Shown here: positions 56,969-64,000 of the stretch, one piece after another
How positions within the stretch are numbered: position 1 is the first letter of the stretch
Layout of the letters: each line of letters opens with the position of its first letter
Virus record (IMG/VR): IMGVR_UViG_3300025892_000008
Length of the DNA: 64,000 nucleotides
Strand: one strand, 5' to 3'
Source: a virus
Taxonomy: Duplodnaviria > Caudoviricetes
The notes under the pieces: generated by a model
Databases searched by the model: none
The model's input: the letters and a program-made list of their open reading frames with translations, nothing else
What the model was told of the DNA's origin: nothing
Translations under genes and position numbers: made by a program

Positions 56969-57999
56969 TGGAAACAGGAATAGTTACTTGGTTTAATGAC
57001 GCAAAAGGTTTTGGATTTGTAAAAACTGATAGGGGCGATGACATCATCTGCGAAAAATGGCATATGATAACCGAACCAAGAACACTAAAAGAAAGACAGA
57101 AAGTTTCCTTTAACAGATTCCCTTACAAGGGCAAGGAACATGCAGGCGAAATATCAGTACTAGAAGATGATGCAGTTCCAGCACCAGTATTAAATATGTC
57201 ACAGGGCAGAGTATACTGCGAGGAACCACTGATAGTAGTATTTGATAATGCTGTTCCGGAAGATGTGTGTGATGAAATAATGTCTAAGCACATTGCTGAT
57301 GGAATGAATCCAGATAGCGGCAAGCAGAGTCGACAGGAAAGTTATACACAAGTTACTGAAGAAGTAGAACAGCGTGGCATTAGTTTAGGAATGGATCCAC
57401 ATCACTATAACATCATTGCAAACGCAATTGTGGAGAATTGTGGATTTCCACACTCGCATATTGAAGCAATTGATATCTATAATTATGATAAAGGTAGATA
57501 CTTGGATCTGCATCACGACTATCCTTACTTTCCGGACAAGATTAACTATTACTCTCATGGAAGAAATGATAGGGTAGGCACAGGAATACTATACCTTAAT
57601 GATGATTATGAGGGCGGCAGCACATACTTTCCAAAACTGGATATTGATGTGAAGCCAAAGAAAGGTAGCATGCTATACTTCAAGCAGTGCTATAATGAAG
57701 CCGTTAACTGGAGTACCATACACGAAAGCAAGGTAATTACTAACGGAACGAAATGGATAGCCAGTTGCTTTTTTAGTGAAAGAGAAAGGATTGGCTTTAC
57801 AGACAGGGAGAATTTTGTGCCGGAGAAAAATCCAACATTTGATGAACCATTCTATGTTAAGAAGTTTATGGCTATACAGAGAGATAACGTTCGCCTATAT
57901 CGCAAACTCAAGAATCTAGAAGAAAGCGAATTAAAAAAAGCAATTGAGGAAACACTAGGCAAGGACTTTTTTGATAAACTAGACGATCTACTAAAATGA
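56968..57999 (+). CDS. Cold-shock domain fused to prolyl-4-hydroxylase-like 2OG-Fe(II) dioxygenase
   Basis: GIVTWFNDAKGFGFV (CSD RNP1); HHD...GILYLND.YEGG.T.FP...P.KG..LYF...IHES..I..G.KW. Confidence 0.8.
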   Translation: METGIVTWFNDAKGFGFVKTDRGDDIICEKWHMITEPRTLKERQKVSFNRFPYKGKEHAGEISVLEDDAVPAPVLNMSQGRVYCEEPLIVVFDNAVPEDVCDEIMSKHIADGMNPDSGKQSRQESYTQVTEEVEQRGISLGMDPHHYNIIANAIVENCGFPHSHIEAIDIYNYDKGRYLDLHHDYPYFPDKINYYSHGRNDRVGTGILYLNDDYEGGSTYFPKLDIDVKPKKGSMLYFKQCYNEAVNWSTIHESKVITNGTKWIASCFFSERERIGFTDRENFVPEKNPTFDEPFYVKKFMAIQRDNVRLYRKLKNLEESELKKAIEETLGKDFFDKLDDLLK

Positions 58000-58445
58000 A
58001 ATTTTATATATTAGGCAGCAACAGAGGATTAGGATTACATCTACGCAACGAGTTTGATTGTGTTAGTTTTGATCGGCCTTATAATCTTGCCAAGGACATA
58101 GACACCATAGTTGAAAAGATTGAATCAGACAGTGTTGTCATACTAAACGCACACGCAGAAGGTAAGCAGATAAAATATGTGGAAGCACTAAAGGATAGAT
58201 GTAGGTTAGTTGTGTGCGGAAGCATAGCATCACAGAAGAAAGATTTTAGCATGCCAATATACAGCCAACAGAAACAGAAGTTAGAAGAGTATGTATTGGA
58301 ACAATCCCTACACAGCAAAATGCCAATGCTGTATCTTAGGTTGACTAGCAGTAGTTATAGGAACTATAATTTAATTACTAACACTATTAGATTCTGGTTA
58401 GACAATCCAGACTTTACATTTGCAGGATATAACATAAATGATTAA
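57996..58445 (+). CDS. Truncated/degenerate SDR oxidoreductase
   Basis: ILGSNRGLG, ILNA, Y...K. Confidence 0.55.
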   Translation: MKFYILGSNRGLGLHLRNEFDCVSFDRPYNLAKDIDTIVEKIESDSVVILNAHAEGKQIKYVEALKDRCRLVVCGSIASQKKDFSMPIYSQQKQKLEEYVLEQSLHSKMPMLYLRLTSSSYRNYNLITNTIRFWLDNPDFTFAGYNIND

Positions 58446-59016
58446 TCAGTATAAAGAATTTACATCATGGGTAGATGTTGACAAGTGGAATGGCATTTGT
58501 AGTGAGATCTATAATGCAAAGATTCTCAACGAATCTAGTAACAGAATGACCAAAGAAAAATGGATTCTTGCTGCGTTAAAATTAAGCAATCACAAGGATA
58601 ATATTGACTGGGTTGATTGTTATGATTATGATGTGGTATTCCAAGAATGGAATTTAGGAAAAGTTGAAATTAAGACCGGTAATCATCCCATGTTTAGCAA
58701 GGTGCAGTGCAAACCAAAAGACATTGTTAAACTTAAATTAAAAAATATTTACGAAAGTTCCTATGATAGAGAAACGTTGGATAAGGACTTTGATCACTTG
58801 ATGATTGTTAATCTTGCACCTGTGTTCTGTGTAGCGTTCTGTGATTATGCGACTGCAAATAAACATTTGGTTCAGTTAAAAGACGGATTTCTAACAAAGA
58901 TACCTATGGATGAACTAACAATAGTGTATAAAGAATCTAATAAATTTACACAGAGTAAGATCAATTTTGATCCAAAAAGTGTTATAATAGGACAGTTGGA
59001 AGAAGCAGGTTACTAG
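58438..59016 (+). CDS. Hypothetical protein, possible PD-(D/E)xK fold
   Basis: YDV......KVEIKT; weak. Confidence 0.45.
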   Translation: MINQYKEFTSWVDVDKWNGICSEIYNAKILNESSNRMTKEKWILAALKLSNHKDNIDWVDCYDYDVVFQEWNLGKVEIKTGNHPMFSKVQCKPKDIVKLKLKNIYESSYDRETLDKDFDHLMIVNLAPVFCVAFCDYATANKHLVQLKDGFLTKIPMDELTIVYKESNKFTQSKINFDPKSVIIGQLEEAGY

Positions 59017-59017
59017 C

Positions 59018-59620
59018 ATGAGTGAAAACAAAATTATTATAACAGGACATACTAAAGGTATTGGTAAAGCAATATTTGATAAATTTACAGAAGTAAGTTG
59101 CCACAAAATTATAGGTATGAGTCGTAGCAATGGCTACGACATAGAAAAAGACTTTGATAAAATAGTTGAAGAGGCAACTGGTGCAGACTTTTTTGTTAAT
59201 AATGCATATAGAGACGGACAGCAGTTAAAACTGTTTCACGCACTAAAAGACAAAGTGAACATGATGGTTGTTATGGGCAGTGTAAGTAGACACTATCCTG
59301 AACTTATTCCTACAGACTATGTACATGATAAACAAGCACTTGCAGAAGCATGCAGGCTAGAAAGTATTAATCCAAACGGCATTCCTATACTGCACCTAGA
59401 TCTTAGTTTTATAGAAGGCACTGAAATACAAGGCGACGATACTACAGCGTTCTTAAGCGATTACAACACACCATTAAATGATATTGTTGATACAATTATG
59501 TTTTGGGCGCAGAAACCTACTATAAGGCAAATTGAATTTAGGTGGAAACTAACTGAACACGTTAGAAAAGAATTAGAACGTATTAATCCTAACTTAGACC
59601 CATCTAGGGTACAATTCTAA
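59018..59620 (+). CDS. SDR-family oxidoreductase
   Basis: ITGHTKGIG, SRSNGYDI, FVNNA, Y...K. Confidence 0.75.
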   Translation: MSENKIIITGHTKGIGKAIFDKFTEVSCHKIIGMSRSNGYDIEKDFDKIVEEATGADFFVNNAYRDGQQLKLFHALKDKVNMMVVMGSVSRHYPELIPTDYVHDKQALAEACRLESINPNGIPILHLDLSFIEGTEIQGDDTTAFLSDYNTPLNDIVDTIMFWAQKPTIRQIEFRWKLTEHVRKELERINPNLDPSRVQF

Positions 59621-60154
59621 ATTAGCATAAAATTTATCAGGGTGTATCTCCCATACAGTTTGATCTGTATGCCTATAATGCACTTCTTTAATTTTACTTA
59701 CTACACCTACCTTAGCAAGTGTAGGAAAATATATTGAGTGTACTAGTCTTTGGCTTCCTTCTTTACTTTTGTTTGAAGTTGCATACACTCTGCCTTTACC
59801 TTTTGTCCACTCTAAACATGCAGGAAGTAAAAACTGATCAGTAAGATTTTGATGTTCAGCACAAAGTCTATGTGCTTTTACTAATCCGTTGTGCGGTCTT
59901 GCATCACCAAACGTACATACCCTTGTAAGTATTCTATAAGAGTTAGGACCCATAACATCATCAAATGAATGTGCGGCAACACTTCCTATAGCAGTATCGT
60001 TTTCGTATAGTATCCATACATTCCATTCACGCTCATTACGAAAACAGTCAATCATTACTTTCTGACTAGCGTTGTTTACAAAACCTCTGCCTTCAGCCTT
60101 AGCATAAAACTCAGACAAGTCTAAGTTTTCATTCCATTCAACTAACTTATGCAT
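59594..60154 (-). CDS. GNAT-like acyltransferase candidate
   Basis: WILY....IG.VAAH...YRI..R.C pattern; weak. Confidence 0.4.
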   Translation of the reverse strand: MHKLVEWNENLDLSEFYAKAEGRGFVNNASQKVMIDCFRNEREWNVWILYENDTAIGSVAAHSFDDVMGPNSYRILTRVCTFGDARPHNGLVKAHRLCAEHQNLTDQFLLPACLEWTKGKGRVYATSNKSKEGSQRLVHSIYFPTLAKVGVVSKIKEVHYRHTDQTVWEIHPDKFYANLELYPRWV

Positions 60155-60839
60155 AGATTGCTTTTGCCTTTTCCATAACTTCATCAGGGAAGTTTGTTTT
60201 AAAACTATCAAATGCTAGTAATTGTATTTGAACATGGTCTGTAGGAGTATTAACATCGATACCTGCCTCTGTCATTTTAGGCAACAAGTCTGCTTGTCTA
60301 TCTTCACTGATGTGACTCATTACACTTTTTAAACTTATTGGTAAATCTGTGTCTTTATAGCAGAAAAAATAGTTAATACTTTTTAGTGTTCCGTCTACAA
60401 CAAAATAACTGCTAGGGTGCATACTGTATTTGTACAACCCCAGGTCCTTGTGTGCTTGAATAATATCAAGCATTTGCTCTTCCCAATTATCAACAACACT
60501 GTAATCTTTACCTTGACAGCCTGCAAGTTCCCACATGTCAGGTCCGTCAATTTTTAAAAACAACTTTCTGTTAACAAAGTCAATGTCTTGTATTTCTGGC
60601 ACATGCTGTGGGTACTTCATTTCCATTTGTTGTATAAAGTTAATCTCACGTAACCATTTCGATTCCATTAGTTCAGAATCCACTACTTGATTATGCCCGC
60701 CATGATATTGTTCATCATTATAGTACCATTGGCAAAATGTCTTTTTATCCTTACTAATCAAACTAGTATATATTAGATTATTTCGGCATTGACCTTTACC
60801 AGGAACTGTGTTATAATAGTATTCAAAGTTGTTACTCAT
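60147..60839 (-). CDS. Kinase-fold-like protein (paralogue 2)
   Basis: Shares LIS.D.KTFC, E..F, PEI.DID, YK..M.P blocks with 55202-55879. Confidence 0.5.
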   Translation of the reverse strand: MSNNFEYYYNTVPGKGQCRNNLIYTSLISKDKKTFCQWYYNDEQYHGGHNQVVDSELMESKWLREINFIQQMEMKYPQHVPEIQDIDFVNRKLFLKIDGPDMWELAGCQGKDYSVVDNWEEQMLDIIQAHKDLGLYKYSMHPSSYFVVDGTLKSINYFFCYKDTDLPISLKSVMSHISEDRQADLLPKMTEAGIDVNTPTDHVQIQLLAFDSFKTNFPDEVMEKAKAIYA

Positions 60840-60844
60840 AGCAC

Positions 60845-60860
60845 TATTTAACGGTAAATA
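60845..60860. promoter_or_regulatory. Symmetric bidirectional TAAATA element
   Basis: CAT, 5 nt, TATTTA, 4 nt, TAAATA, 5 nt, ATG in a 26-nt gap. Confidence 0.75.
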
Positions 60861-60865
60861 TCTAC

Positions 60866-61681
60866 ATGATTAGAGGAATTGGCGGAAAGCCTTACATTAA
60901 CTTAGATTCACACCTAGACATTTCGTCTTTCAAAGATCTGCATCCTGAGATTGCTAGAGGTTTTGCATTAGCAAGAGATTATGCAAAAGAAGGTACTTGG
61001 ATGGCCCCTGGCTTTGAATGGAAGGATAGCAGTTATATTCTTAATTGGAAACCAATTTACAAAGCATGGAACGAGTATCAAGCATTAGATGATAATGATC
61101 CTATTAAAATTGAAGGTAACAAAATATTACCTACAGACTTTAGCGATTACAAACAGCGTAATATATTCACACGCTATTTAAAAGCAACAATGGGTGCTAA
61201 TGATCCATACATTTACTACTTCCTTTGGAATGAAGGTGACTGGAATGAACGTAACGCTGAAAGACAAAAGACAGAAGAAGCAAGTTATTTTCCAGGTGTA
61301 GTTGAGTGGGTAGAAAATTTACAAACACAAGGTATTATTGATCGGATAGGTAGAGTTATTTTCTTTCACTGCGATCATAATGGCAGAGCATTTGAACATA
61401 GAGACCTAGATGCAGATAACGGAGTACATGATGATAAGCAATATAGTCCGCACAATAATGAATTCATACATATACGCTATCGCACAAAGAGAGGATTTTA
61501 TATTTGGGATCCAGAGAGCGAGAACAAACATTACTTAAACTGTAACGCTGCTTTTTGGAATGACCAAGACTGGCACGGTGGCGAAAACAGTGTAGAAGTT
61601 GAATACGGTTTACGCATTGACTGCAAATTTACAAACGACTTTAGAAAGAGGCTAGGGATTGATCATCTCAAAACATATTAG
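60866..61681 (+). CDS. 2OG-Fe(II)/cupin-like oxygenase
   Basis: GRVIFF...EHRD; FWNDQDWHGG; GLRID. Confidence 0.6.
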   Translation: MIRGIGGKPYINLDSHLDISSFKDLHPEIARGFALARDYAKEGTWMAPGFEWKDSSYILNWKPIYKAWNEYQALDDNDPIKIEGNKILPTDFSDYKQRNIFTRYLKATMGANDPYIYYFLWNEGDWNERNAERQKTEEASYFPGVVEWVENLQTQGIIDRIGRVIFFHCDHNGRAFEHRDLDADNGVHDDKQYSPHNNEFIHIRYRTKRGFYIWDPESENKHYLNCNAAFWNDQDWHGGENSVEVEYGLRIDCKFTNDFRKRLGIDHLKTY

Positions 61682-61685
61682 AAAC

Positions 61686-62186
61686 ATGGAGTGGATAGGT
61701 AACTTTAATAAGGACCTGAGTAAAGACCTTAACGACCTTGTGATGATTACAGAAGGACAAGCTCGTCCTGGTGACTGGAAACCTGTAAACGAAGTTGAAA
61801 AAGCACTTTGGGAAAAAGGAAAATCCGCACTAGATTTTAGTAAGACAATGTGGTATGTATACGAACAACAAGACCTACAAGTAGATTTAAAATTTCCTTG
61901 GACAGAAGGTAAATGCCATTGGTGGATTACTAAACTGCTACCTGGGCAAATGATGCCTATGCATACGGATCCACATACTCACGATGACCAAAACTGTAAA
62001 CGTTACTGGGTACCTTTACAAGATTATGTTCCTGGGCACGTTTTTATATACAATAATGTAATGGTATCAGATTACAAAAGAGGTGATGTGTTTCAATACT
62101 CACATTCGCAAGACGAACACGGTGCTGCTAACCTTTCTTTTGTTCCAAGAATAGTATTGCAAGTGACTGAATATCCATGCCATTAA
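61686..62186 (+). CDS. 2OG-Fe(II)/cupin oxygenase
   Basis: PGQMMPMHTD; GDVF.Y....EHGAAN....RIVLQ. Confidence 0.72.
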   Translation: MEWIGNFNKDLSKDLNDLVMITEGQARPGDWKPVNEVEKALWEKGKSALDFSKTMWYVYEQQDLQVDLKFPWTEGKCHWWITKLLPGQMMPMHTDPHTHDDQNCKRYWVPLQDYVPGHVFIYNNVMVSDYKRGDVFQYSHSQDEHGAANLSFVPRIVLQVTEYPCH

Positions 62187-62809
62187 CAATAGGATTTTAT
62201 GGTGATAGTTTCTGCTGCGAAACATCTAACCCACACAGCATTGCAAAAGGTTATGATACCTATATTGAAAAACTAAAAACACACCACGATGCAAAAATTA
62301 CCAACCTAGGGTATGGCGGAAGCTCAGTGTGGGACGTTATATTAAAACAGTTTGATGAAAGTGATGTACCTGATATTTGTATTTTTTGCTGGACAGACTA
62401 TAATAGGTTGTATGATACTAAACTTAGAAACATTACAAAAGGCAGCATTGAAAACAAACAATGGAAGGATTATTCTTTTAAAGATTTATTCTTTCATAAA
62501 AAAATTAATGCAGCAGCAGAATATTTTAAATATTTACACGACTACGAAAAAGCAGGAGTTGAACAAAAAGCAGCACTGCAATACTTTGACCTAAATGTAT
62601 TAAGCAAAGTAAAAAGTAAAATAATCCATATGTGGAGTTTTAAAAAAACATATAATTGGAAGCATGGAGTTGAAATAGAAACTCCTTTATATAATTTTGT
62701 TAATAAAGATGCAAACGGATTTGAAACATGGGCAGCGAACCATATAGGCGGCGATAAAAATAATCAAGATATTTTTGAGTTAATTAATGCCCAGCATCGG
62801 CTTTCATAG
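62177..62809 (+). CDS. SGNH/GDSL hydrolase-like protein
   Basis: FYGDSF, NLGYGGSS, C-terminal NH. Confidence 0.6.
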   Translation: MPLTIGFYGDSFCCETSNPHSIAKGYDTYIEKLKTHHDAKITNLGYGGSSVWDVILKQFDESDVPDICIFCWTDYNRLYDTKLRNITKGSIENKQWKDYSFKDLFFHKKINAAAEYFKYLHDYEKAGVEQKAALQYFDLNVLSKVKSKIIHMWSFKKTYNWKHGVEIETPLYNFVNKDANGFETWAANHIGGDKNNQDIFELINAQHRLS

Positions 62810-63878
62810 TAAAGTTAATTTTCACATCAGAAACCGCATCAAGTTTATTAAGTAATTTGTTTTGTGCTGTTAGCCTTTGTTCTAAACTATACTTTGCTGC
62901 TGTACCTTCATAACAGAATATGTTAGATAAGTTGACTAATGTTTTTAGGTTAACCTCTAAGTAGTTTATAAGGTTCTGTTCTTCAAGTAAATTAGTATAC
63001 ACAAACAAATAATCTATGCCGTCCTTACGTGGGCATGTTTCTTTCCAGTGGTCTAGTGCTTTTTTATTATAGTCATAAAATACTACACGCCCTTTATCTA
63101 TTAAGTCTAAGTACAATGTCCCACTAGCAGGTAGCACAACTTGTTCATACTTTTCTGTAATACCAGTTGTCCATTCTGTGTTGTCAGTATGTACGAATTC
63201 TTCCTCGCAGTATTTTAATTTGTGATCAATGTGTTCTTTCTGTTTTAAAAAGTCCTCTGTGCTTTCAGGATAGTAATGTCGTTTGTTATTACGAATACTA
63301 TCGTCAAATACAACAACAGGCAAGTTCCATTCAAATGCTACTTTTAACAGATTCCAACCATGACATCTATTAGCATACGTAACTTGTTTGTATCCTTTTG
63401 CTACAGTTATAGGTGTATAGTCGTCGTGTATGTTGTTTATGCTGCGTTTAGGTTCTAGTTGGGTATGTACTATGTCTTTTTCTAAAGCGCCTACTGTAGG
63501 GCGTTTAAATGCGTTATAGGTATCCATATTAATTACATAACATTGATGATGCAGTTCATAATAAGCATCGTGCATAGTACGATCTAATACATGTCCTGCT
63601 AGAAAAAAATCTTGTTCTACTAGTTTATCTAGTGCTTCAAAGAATGCAAAGCCGTTAATAAATTCTGTGCCAGGACTCATTACTACTGCATGTTTATAAC
63701 CTTTTAGATTTTGTAATAGTTGATCTTCGTCTTTACCTATGTTTACTGTGTAGCCTTTAGTACGCAAATTGGATATTGTAAAGTCAACAATATTTCTAAT
63801 AGTCTGTTTAATGCTATCGTTTTCATATGTATCTATATCATCTACGATACAAAATGCTAGTTTCTTATTCAAGTCCAT
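62784..63878 (-). CDS. Hypothetical protein
   Basis: 364-aa ORF; TAAATA 6 nt upstream of ATG. Confidence 0.65.
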   Translation of the reverse strand: MDLNKKLAFCIVDDIDTYENDSIKQTIRNIVDFTISNLRTKGYTVNIGKDEDQLLQNLKGYKHAVVMSPGTEFINGFAFFEALDKLVEQDFFLAGHVLDRTMHDAYYELHHQCYVINMDTYNAFKRPTVGALEKDIVHTQLEPKRSINNIHDDYTPITVAKGYKQVTYANRCHGWNLLKVAFEWNLPVVVFDDSIRNNKRHYYPESTEDFLKQKEHIDHKLKYCEEEFVHTDNTEWTTGITEKYEQVVLPASGTLYLDLIDKGRVVFYDYNKKALDHWKETCPRKDGIDYLFVYTNLLEEQNLINYLEVNLKTLVNLSNIFCYEGTAAKYSLEQRLTAQNKLLNKLDAVSDVKINFTMKADAGH

Positions 63879-63884
63879 GGCAAA

Positions 63885-63901
63885 TATTTATGGCATAAAT
63901 A
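63885..63901. promoter_or_regulatory. Bidirectional TAAATA element
   Basis: TATTTA (63885-63890), 5 nt, TAAATA (63896-63901), between divergent ATGs at 63878 and 63907. Confidence 0.72.
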
Positions 63902-63906
63902 TTGGT

Positions 63907-64000
63907 ATGAACATAGAATTGATAGATTTAAAGCAATATAAAGACTTTTCAAAGTTAACACCTTTTATTGAAAGTTTCAAAGATTTTGACATAAATGCAG
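63907..64000 (+). CDS. Partial ORF at the window end
   Basis: MNIELIDLKQYKDFSKLTPFIESFKDFDINA..., open to the end. Confidence 0.6.
   Translation, partial: MNIELIDLKQYKDFSKLTPFIESFKDFDINA

Noticed and set aside
393-63373. The many 60-150 aa ORFs lying antisense or out of frame inside long genes (for example 1117-1455, 6082-6396, 10533-10991, 23881-24519, 31485-31940)
   Set aside because: Shadow ORFs of well-supported genes; biased composition, no RBS or promoter motif, no recognisable domains
1-64000. Alternative genetic code or stop-codon reassignment, as seen in some large phages
   Set aside because: Standard-code ORFs tile the window and conserved enzymes are full length, with TAA, TAG and TGA all used as stops
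42324-64000. Classical RiPP cluster with a precursor peptide
   Set aside because: No short ORF with leader/core character found; intergenic gaps are only about 25 nt
1-64000. tRNA, rRNA, integrase, transposase, intron or homing endonuclease
   Set aside because: No cloverleaf-sized gaps or GIY-YIG, HNH, LAGLIDADG or recombinase motifs recognised by eye; a covariance-model scan was not possible
1-64000. Bacterial chromosome origin suggested by clpA, def, dnaJ, kdsAB and sod
   Set aside because: These are interspersed with baseplate/fibre, endolysin-spanin and gp44-like clamp loader genes and T4-type late motifs, which indicates a phage

Overview
The window reads as part of a large, AT-rich, T4-like (myovirus-type) phage genome. 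It is densely coding in the standard genetic code, and I saw no tRNA, rRNA or CRISPR array. FdxA- and KdsA/KdsB-type genes weakly suggest a Gram-negative, possibly alphaproteobacterial, host (inference). Layout: 1-5 kb, modular acidic/basic proteins whose N-termini resemble the T4 capsid-targeting sequence (probable head cargo); 6-10 kb, ClpA, peptide deformylase and a DnaJ-like protein; 10-12 kb, lysis cassette (GH19 endolysin, overlapping spanins) containing an acyl carrier protein homologue whose phosphopantetheine Ser is replaced by Glu; 13-18.6 kb, PhoH, ferredoxin, clamp loader, MazG, GroES and a stand-alone DnaE fragment; 18.8-32 kb, baseplate and fibre genes; 32-42 kb, IscA, SOD, UvsE, a Kdo synthesis/activation/transfer module, QueD and ThyX; 42.3-64 kb, a strand-switching enzyme island with 7 radical SAM proteins, 7 2OG-Fe(II)/cupin oxygenases, NDP-sugar enzymes, a QueC-like PP-loop protein, 2 kinase-like paralogues, a methyltransferase, a GNAT and an SGNH protein. 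Reading the intergenic DNA shows two promoter classes: near-consensus sigma70 promoters (TTGACA-17-TATAAT) ahead of nucleotide/replication operons, and a TAAATA late-type motif, often 4-6 nt before ATG (leaderless), ahead of structural genes and also the enzyme island and Kdo module. The leading hypothesis is a late-expressed system that chemically modifies or glycosylates the virion. All product calls come from motif recognition only; no searches were run.
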